DNA of 64,000 bases from Eledone cirrhosa (Eukaryota), in contig OZ024741.1 of the NCBI GenBank assembly GCA_964016885.1, positions 246,388,001-246,452,000 of the forward strand, read 5' to 3'. Positions 55,901-64,000 of the stretch are shown in pieces. Position 1 is the stretch's first letter; each line of letters begins with the position of its first letter. The translations under genes and the position numbers were made by a program. The notes under the pieces are model-generated. The model was not told where the DNA came from. It searched no databases and saw nothing but the letters and a program-made list of their open reading frames with translations.

Positions 55901-58900
55901 TCCCCCTGATTTTTTTTACAAATTATCTCCCCCTGATTTTTTTTACAAATTATCTACCCCTGATTTTTTTTACAAATTATCTCCCCCTGATTTTTTTTTA
56001 CAAATTATCTCCCCCTGATTTTTTTTTACAAATTATCTCCCCCTGATTTTTTTTTTACAAATTATCTCCCCCTGATTTTTTTACAAATTATCTCCCCCTG
56101 ATTTTTTTTACAATCTCCGCCTGATTTTTTTAAAAATTATCTTCCCTTGGCTGGCGGGAAATTATCTCCCCTTGGACGGCTGGAAATTATCTCCCCTTGC
56201 ACGGCTGGAAATTATCTCCCCTTGGCTGGAAATTATCTCCCCTTGGACGGCTAGAAATTATCTCTCTTTGGACGGCTGGAAATTATCTCCCTTTGATTTT
56301 TTTTACAAATTATCTCCCTCTGATTTTTTTTACAAATCTCCCCCTGATTTTTTTAAAAAAATTATCTCCCCTTCGCTGGCTGGAAATTATCTTCCTTGGA
56401 CGGCTGGAAATTATCTCCCCTTGATTTTTTTTACAAATTATCTCCGCCTGATTTTTTTAAAAAATTATCTCTCCTTGGACGGCTGGAAATTATCTCCCCT
56501 TGATTTTTTTTACAAATAATCTCCCCCTGATTTTTTTTTACAAATTATCTCCCCCTGATTTTTTTTTACAAATTATCTACCCCTGATTTTTTTTTACAAA
56601 TTATCTCCCCCTGATTTTTTTTACAAATTATCTCCCCCTGATTTTTCTTTTACAAATTATCTCCCCCTGATTTTTTTACAAATTATCTCCCCCTGATTTT
56701 TTTTACAAATTGTCTCTGCCTGATTTTTTTAAATATTATCTTCCCTTGGCTGGCGGGAAATTACCTCCCCTTGGACGGCTGGAAATTATCTGTCCTTGAT
56801 TTTCTTTTTACAAATTATCTTCCACTGATTTTTTTTACAAATTATCTCCACCTGATTTTTTAAAAAATTATCTCCCCTTGGAAGGCTGGAAATTATCTCC
56901 CCTTGGCTGGAAATTATCTCCCCTTGGACGGCTAGAAATTATCTCTCTTTGGACGGCTGGAAATTATCACCCCTTGAGTTTTTTACAAATTATCTCCCCC
57001 TGATTTTTTTTACAAATCTCCCAGTGATTTTTAAAAAAAAATTATCTCCCCTTCGCTGGCTGGAAATTATCTCCCCTTGGACGCTGGAAATTATAGCCCC
57101 TTGGAGGGCTGGAAATTATCTTCCCTTGGACGGCTGGAAATTATCTCCCCTTGATTTTTTTTACAAATTATCTCCCCCTGATTTTTTTTTACAAATTATC
57201 TCCCCCTGATTTTTTTTTACAACTTATCTGCGCCTGATTTTTTTAAAAAAATTATCTCCCCTTGGACGGCTGGAAATTATCTCTCCTTGGACGGCTAGAA
57301 TTTACCTCTCCTTGGACGGCTGAAAATTATCTCCCCTTGGACGGCTGGAAATTATCTCCCCTTGATTTTTTTTACAAATTATCTCCCCCTGATTTTTTTT
57401 TACAAATTATCTCCCCCTGATTTTTTTTTTACAAATTATCTCCCCCTGATTTTTTTTTACAAATTATCTCCCCCTGATTTTTTTTACAAATTATCTCCCC
57501 CCTGATTTTTTTACAAATTATCTCCCCTTGGCTGGCTGGAAATTATCTCCCCTTGGAGGCTGGAACTTATCTCCCCTTGGACGGCTAGAAATTACCTCTC
57601 CTTGGACGGCTGGAAAATATGTCTCCTTGGACGGCTGGATATTATCTCCCCTTGGACGGCTGGAAATTATCTCCCCTTGGACGGCTAGAATTTACCTCTC
57701 CTTGGACGGCTGAAAATTATCTCCCCTTGGACGGCTGGAAATTATCTCCCCTTGATTTTTTTTACAAATTATCTCCCCCTGATTTTTTTTTACAAATTAT
57801 CTCCCCCTGATTTTTTTTTTACAAATTATCTCCCCCTGATTTTTTTTTACAAATTATCTCCCCCTGATTTTTTTTACAAATTATCTCCCCCCTGATTTTT
57901 TTACAAATTATCTCCCCTTAGCTGGCTGGAAATTATCTCCCCTTGGAGGCTGGAACTTATCTCCCCTTGGACGGCTAGATATTACCTCCCCTTGGACGGC
58001 TGGAAATTATCTCCCTTTGGACGGCTGGAAATTATCTCCCCTTGGATGGCTAGATATTACCTCCCCTTGGACGGCTGGAAATTATCTCCCCTTGATTTTT
58101 TTTTTACAAATTATCTCCCCCTGATTTTTTTTACAAATTATCTCCCCCTGATTTTTTTTTTACAAATTATCTCCCCCTGATTTTTTTACAAATTATCTCC
58201 CCCTGATTTTTTTTACAAATTATCTCCGCCGGATTTTTTTAAATATTATCTTCCCTTGGCTTGCGGGAAATTATCTCCCCTTGGACGGCTGAAAATTATC
58301 TCCCCTTGGACGGCTGGAAATTATCTCCCCTTGATTTTTTTTACAAATTATCTCCCCCTGATTTTTTTTTACAAATTATCTTCCCCTGATTTTTTTTACA
58401 AATTATCTCCCCCTGATTTTTTTTTACAAATTATCTCCCCCTGATTTTTTTTACAAATTATCTCCCCCTGATTTTTTTTAAAAATTATCTCCCCCTGATT
58501 TTTTTTTACAAATTATCTCCCCCTGATTTTTTTACAAATTATCTCCCCCTGATTTTTTTTACAAATTATCTCCGCCTGATTTTTTAAAATATTATCTCCC
58601 CTTGGACGGCTGGAAATTATCTGCCCTTGATTTTCTTTTTACAAATTAACTTCCACTGATTTTTTTTACAAATTATCTCCACCTGATTTTTTTAAAAATT
58701 ATCTCCCCTTGGAAGGCTGGAAATTATCTCCCCTTGGCTGGAAATTATCTCCCCTTGGACGGCTAGAAATTATCTCTCTTTGGACGGCTGGAAATTATCA
58801 CCCCTTGAGTTTTTTACAAATTATCTCCCCCTGATTTTTTTTACAAATCTCCCAGTGATTTTTAAAAAAAAATTATCTTCCCTTCGCTGGCTGGAAATTA

Positions 58901-61900
58901 TCTCCCCTTGGACGCTGGAAATTATAGCCCCTTGATTTTTTTTACGAATTATCTCCCCCTGATTTTTTTTTACAAATTATCTCCCACTGATTTTTTTTTA
59001 CAACTTATCTGCGCCTGATTTTTTTAAAAAAATTATCTCCCCTTGGACGGCTGGAAATTATCTCCCCTTGGACGGCTGGAAATTATCTCTCCTTGGACGG
59101 CTAGAATTTACCTCTCCTTGGACGGCTGAAAATTATCTCCCCTTGGACGGCTGGAAATTATCTCCCCTTGATTTTTTTTACAAATTATCTCCCCCTGATT
59201 TTTTTTTACAAATTATCTCCCCCTGATTTTTTTTTACAAATTATCTCCCCCTGATTTTTTTTACAAATTATCTCCCCCTGATTTTTTTACAAATTATCTC
59301 CCCTTGGCTGGCTGGAAATTATCTCCCCTTGGAGGCTGGAACTTATCTCCCCTTGGACGGCTAGAAATTACCTCTCCTTGGACGGCTGGAAAATATGTCT
59401 CCTTGGACGGCTGGATATTATCTCACCTTGGACGGCTAGAAATTATCTCCCCTTGGACGGCAGGAAATTATCTCCCCTTGGATGGCTAGATATTACCTCC
59501 CCTTGGACGGCTGGAAATTATCTCCCCTTGATTTTTTTTACAAATTATCTGCCCCTGATTTTTTTTTACAAATTATCTCCCCCTGATTTTTTTTTACAAA
59601 TTATCTCCCCCTGATTTTTTTTTTAAAATTATCTCCCCTTGGACGGCTGGAAATTATCTCCCCTTGGACGGCTAGAAATTACCTCTCCTTGGACGGCTGA
59701 AAATTATCTCCCCTTGGACGGCTGGAAATTATCTCCCCTTGATTTTTTTACAAATTATTTCCCCCTGATTTTTTTTTACAAATTATCTCCCCCTGATTTT
59801 TTTTTACAAATTATCTACCCCTGATTTTTTTTTACAAATTATCTCCCCCTGATTTTTTTTTACAAATTATCTACCCCTGATTTTTTTTACAAATTATCTC
59901 CCCCTGATTTTTTTTACAAATTATCTCCCCCTGATTTTTTTTTTTACAAATTATCTCCTCCTGATTTTTTTACAAATTATCTCCCCCTGATTTTTTTTAC
60001 AAATTATCTCCGCCGGATTTTTTTAAATATTATCTTCCCTTGGCTGGCGGGAAATTATCTCCCCTTGGACGGCTGAAAATTATCTCCTCTTGGACGGCTG
60101 GAAATTATCTCCCCTTGATTTTTTTTACAAATTATCTCCCACTGACTTTTTTTTACAAATTATCTCCCCCTGATTTTTTTTACAAATTATCTCCCCCTGA
60201 TTTTTTTACAAATTATCTCCCCTTGGCTGGCTGGAAATTACCTCCCCTTGTAGGCTGGAATTTATCTCCCCTTGGACGGCTAGAAATTACCTCTACTTGG
60301 ACGGCTGGAAAATATGTCTCCTTGGACGGCTGGATATTATCTCCCCTTGGACGGCTGGAAATTATCTCCCCTTGGACGGCTGGAAATTATCTCCCCTTGA
60401 TTTTTTTTACAAATTATCTCCCCCTGATTTTTTTTACAAATCTCCCAGTGATTTTTAAAAAAAAATTATCTTCCCTTCGCTGGCTGGAAATTATCTCCCC
60501 TTGGACGCTGGAAATTATAGCCCCTTGGAGGGCTGGAAATTATCTTCCCTTGGACGGCTGGAAATTATCTCCCCTTGATTTTTTTTACAAATTATCTCCC
60601 CCTGATTTTTTTTTACAAATTATCTCCCCCTGATTTTTTTTTACAACTTATCTGCGCCTGATTTTTTTAAAAAAATTATCTCCCCTTGGACGGCTGGAAA
60701 TTATCTCCCCTTGGACGGCTGGAAATTATCTCTCCTTGGACGGCTAGAATTTACCTCTCCTTGGACGGCTGAAAATTATCTCCCCTTGGACGGCTGGAAA
60801 TTATCTCCCCTTGATTTTTTTTACAAATTATCTCCCCCTGATTTTTTTTACAAATTATCTCCCCCTGATTTTTTTTTACAAATTATCTCCCCCTGATTTT
60901 TTTTTACAAATTATCTCCCCCTGATTTTTTTTACAAATTATCTCCCCCTGATTTTTTTACAAATTATCTCCCCTTGGCTGGCTGGAAATTATCTCCCCTT
61001 GGAGGCTGGAACTTATCTCCCCTTGGACGGCTAGAAATTACCTCTCCTTGGACGGCTGAAAATTATCTCCCCTTGGACGGCTGGAAATTATCTCCCCTTG
61101 ATTTTTTTACAAATTATCTCCCCCTGATTTTTTTTTACAAATTATCTCCCCCTGATTTTTTTTTACAAATTATCTACCCCTGATTTTTTTTTACAAATTA
61201 TCTCCCCTGATTTTTTTTTACAAATTATCTACCCCTGATTTTTTTTACAAATTATCTCCCCCCGATTTTTTTTACAAATTATCTCCCCCTGATTTTTTTT
61301 TTTACAAATTATCTCCCCCTGATTTTTTTACAAATTATCTCCCCCTGATTTTTTTTACAAATTATCTCCGCCGGATTTTTTTAAATATTATCTTCCCTTG
61401 GCTGGCGGGAAATTATCTCCCCTTGGACGGCTGAAAATTATCTCCCCTTGGACGGCTGGAAATTATCTCCCCTTGATTTTTTTTACAAATTATCTCCCCC
61501 TGATTTTTTTTTACAAATTATCTCCCCCTGATTTTTTTACAAATTATCTCCCCTTGGCTGGCTGGAAATTACCTCCCCTTGTAGGCTGGAATTTATCTCC
61601 CCTTGGACGGCTGGAAATTATCTGCCCTTGATTTTCTTTTTACAAATTATCTTCCACTGATTTTTTTTACAAATTATCTCCACCTGATTTTTTAAAAAAT
61701 TATCTCCCCTTGGAAGGCTGGAAATTATCTCCCCTTGGACGGCTGGAAATTATCTCCCCTTGGACGGCTAGAAATTATCTCTCCTTGGACGGCTGAAAAT
61801 TATCTCCCCTTGGACGGCTGCAAATTATCTCCCCTTGATTTTTTTTACAAATTATCTCCCCCTGACTTTTTTTTACAAATTATCTCCCCCTGATTTTTTT

Positions 61901-64000
61901 TACAAATTATCTCCCCCTGATTTTTTTACAAATTATCTCCCCTTGGCTGGCTGGAAATTACCTCCCCTTGTAGGCTGGAATTTATCTCCCCTTGGACGGC
62001 TAGAAATTACCTCTACTTGGACGGCTGGAAAATATGTCTCCTTGGACGGCTGGATATTATCTCCCCTTGGACGGCTGGAAATTATCTCCCCTTGGACGGC
62101 TGGAAATTATCTCCCCTTGGACGCTGGAAATTATAGCCCCTTGGAGGGCTGGAAATTATCTACCCTTGGACGGCTGGAAATTATCTCCCCTTGATTTTTT
62201 TTACAAATTATCTCCCCCTGATTTTTTTTTACAAATTATCTCCCCCTGATTTTTTTTTACAACTTATCTGCGCCTGATTTTTTAAAAAAAATTATCTCCC
62301 CTTGGACGGCTGGAAATTATCTCCCCTTGGACGGCTGGAAATTATCTCTCCTTGGACGGCTAGAATTTACCTCTCCTTGGACGGCTGAAAATTATCTCCC
62401 CTTGGACGGCTGGAAATTATCTCCCCTTGATTTTTTTTACAAATTATCTCCCCCTGATTTTTTTTTACAAATTATCTCCCCCTGATTTTTTTTTACAAAT
62501 TATCTCCCCCTGATTTTTTTTTACAAATTATCTCCCCCTGATTTTTTTTACAAATTATCTCCCCCTGATTTTTTTACAAATTATCTCCCCTTGGCTGGCT
62601 GGAAATTATCTCCCCTTGGAGGCTGGAACTTATCTCCCCTTGGACGGCTAGAAATTACCTCTCCTTGGACGGCTGAAAATTATCTCCCCTTGGACGGCTG
62701 GAAATTATCTCCCCTTGATTTTTTTACAAATTATCTCCCCCTGATTTTTTTTTACAAATTATCTCCCCCTGATTTTTTTTTACAAATTATCTACCCCTGA
62801 TTTTTTTTTACAAATTATCTCCCCCTGATTTTTTTTTACAAATTATCTATCCCTGATTTTTTTTACAAATTATCTCCCCCCGATTTTTTTTAGAAATTAT
62901 CTCCCCGATTTTTTTTTTACAAATTATCTCCCCCTGATTTTTTTACAAATTATCTCCCCCTGATTTTTTTTACAAATTATCTCCGCCGGATTTTTTTAAA
63001 TATTATCTTCCCTTGGCTGGCGGGAAATTATCTCCCCTTGGACGGCTGAAAATTATCTCCCCTTGGACGGCTGGAAATTATCTCCCCTTGATTTTTTTTA
63101 CAAATTATCTCCCCCTGATTTTTTTTTACAAATTATCTCCCCCTGATTTTTTTACAAATTATCTCCCCTTGGCTGGCTGGAAATTACCTCCCCTTGTAGG
63201 CTGGAATTTATCTCCCCTTGGACGGCTAGAAATTACCTCTCCTTGGACGGCTGGAAAATATGTCTCCTTGGACGGCTGGATATTATCTCCCCTTGGATGG
63301 CTGGAAATTATCTCCCCTTGGACGGCTGGAAATTATCTCCCCTTGATTTTTTTTACAAATTATCTCCCCCTGATTTTTTTTACAAATCTCCCAATGATTT
63401 TTTAAAAAAAATTATCTCCCCTTCGCTGGCTGGAAATTATCTCCCCTTGGACGCTGGAAATTATAGCCCCTTGGAGGGCTGGAAATTATCTTCCCTTGGA
63501 CGGCTGGAAATTATCTCCCCTTGATTTTTTTTACAAATTATCTCCCCCTGATTTTTTTTTACAAATTATCTCCCCCTGATTTTTTTTTACAAATTATCTC
63601 CCCCTGATTTTTTTTTACAAATTATCTACCCCTGATTTTTTTTTACAAATTATCTCCCCCTGATTTTTTTTTACAAATTATCTACCCCTGATTTTTTTTA
63701 CAAATTATCTCCCCGATTTTTTTTTTACAAATTATCTCCCCCTGATTTTTTTACAAATTATCTCCCCCTGATTTTTTTTACAAATTATCTCCGCCGGATT
63801 TTTTTAAATATTATCTTCCCTTGGCTGGCGGGAAATTATCTCCCCTTGGACGGCTGAAAATTATCTCCCCTTGGACGGCTGGAAATTATCTCCCCTTGAT
63901 TTTTTTTACAAATTATCTCCCCCTGATTTTTTTTTACAAATTATCTCCCCCTGATTTTTTTACAAATTATCTCCCCTTGGCTGGCTGGAAATTACCTCCC
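46886..64000 (+). repeat. About 21.4 kb higher-order duplication unit, copy 2 (truncated by the window end; 64000 corresponds to about 42603)
   Basis: Near-identical to 25490-42603 at a nearly constant offset of about 21397, with only scattered single-base and homopolymer differences. Confidence 0.93.

Larger units (their letters stand above)
1..64000 (+). repeat. Composite two-monomer tandem satellite array. Core AAATTATCTCCCC; type A TTGGACGGCTGGAAATTATCTCCCC (25 bp); type B CTGA-T(7-11)-ACAAATTATCTCCCC (about 26-30 bp)
   Basis: The core recurs roughly every 21-30 bp from the first line to the last, giving about 2,400 monomers by length/unit estimate. No inverted segment or foreign insertion was seen. 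Confidence 0.99.

Noticed and set aside
387-63524. The many + strand ORFs (61-248 aa; LDGWKLSPLGRLEIISPWTAGNYLP, PDFFYKLSP and LIFFTNYLP repeats), longest 45355-46101
   Set aside because: They are artefacts. The consensus A monomer has no stop codon in any + frame, 27-bp B monomers preserve frame, and starts are nearly all TTG from the repeat. ORFs overlap in several frames and break at T-tract length changes. The minus strand has TAA in every core, which explains the absence of minus-strand ORFs.
1-64000. CRISPR-like repeat-spacer appearance (constant core with variable insert)
   Set aside because: The core is only 13 bp, and the inserts are 8-17 bp and of just two recurring types instead of unique spacers. 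There is no leader or cas gene.
1-64000. Telomerase-synthesised long telomeric repeat (like the 23-25 bp yeast repeats)
   Set aside because: Two monomer types, many fixed variants and multi-kilobase duplications do not fit copying from one template, and I recognise no known telomere motif.
1-64000. Phased A-tract curvature as in kinetoplast bent DNA
   Set aside because: T tracts repeat every ~27-28 bp (about 2.6 helical turns), so successive bends are out of phase.
1-64000. Embedded transposon, inversion or unique island
   Set aside because: Reading through the window I found no non-satellite stretch and no reverse-oriented core (GGGGAGATAATTT) on the + strand. A very short insertion could have been missed by eye.

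Overview
The whole 64 kb window is one uninterrupted head-to-tail satellite DNA array, in the same orientation throughout and continuing past both window ends. I found no genes, RNA genes, transposon remnants or unique sequence. It is built from two monomer families that share a 13-bp core, AAATTATCTCCCC. Type A is 25 bp, TTGGACGGCTGG+core (52% GC). Type B is about 26-30 bp, CTGA-T(7-11)-AC+core (about 30% GC). These occur in alternating homotypic blocks with stereotyped junction monomers, and diagnostic variants recur in a fixed order. Above this sits a nested hierarchy of duplications: about 0.39-0.41, 0.63, 0.81, 3.0-3.1, 6.31, 13-14, 19.3-19.7 and 21.4 kb. All listed ORFs are translation artefacts of the repeat. 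The array is most likely eukaryotic heterochromatic, centromeric or subtelomeric satellite, but organism and function cannot be determined from the sequence. Coordinates were read by eye, using ORF-track offsets as landmarks, and are approximate.
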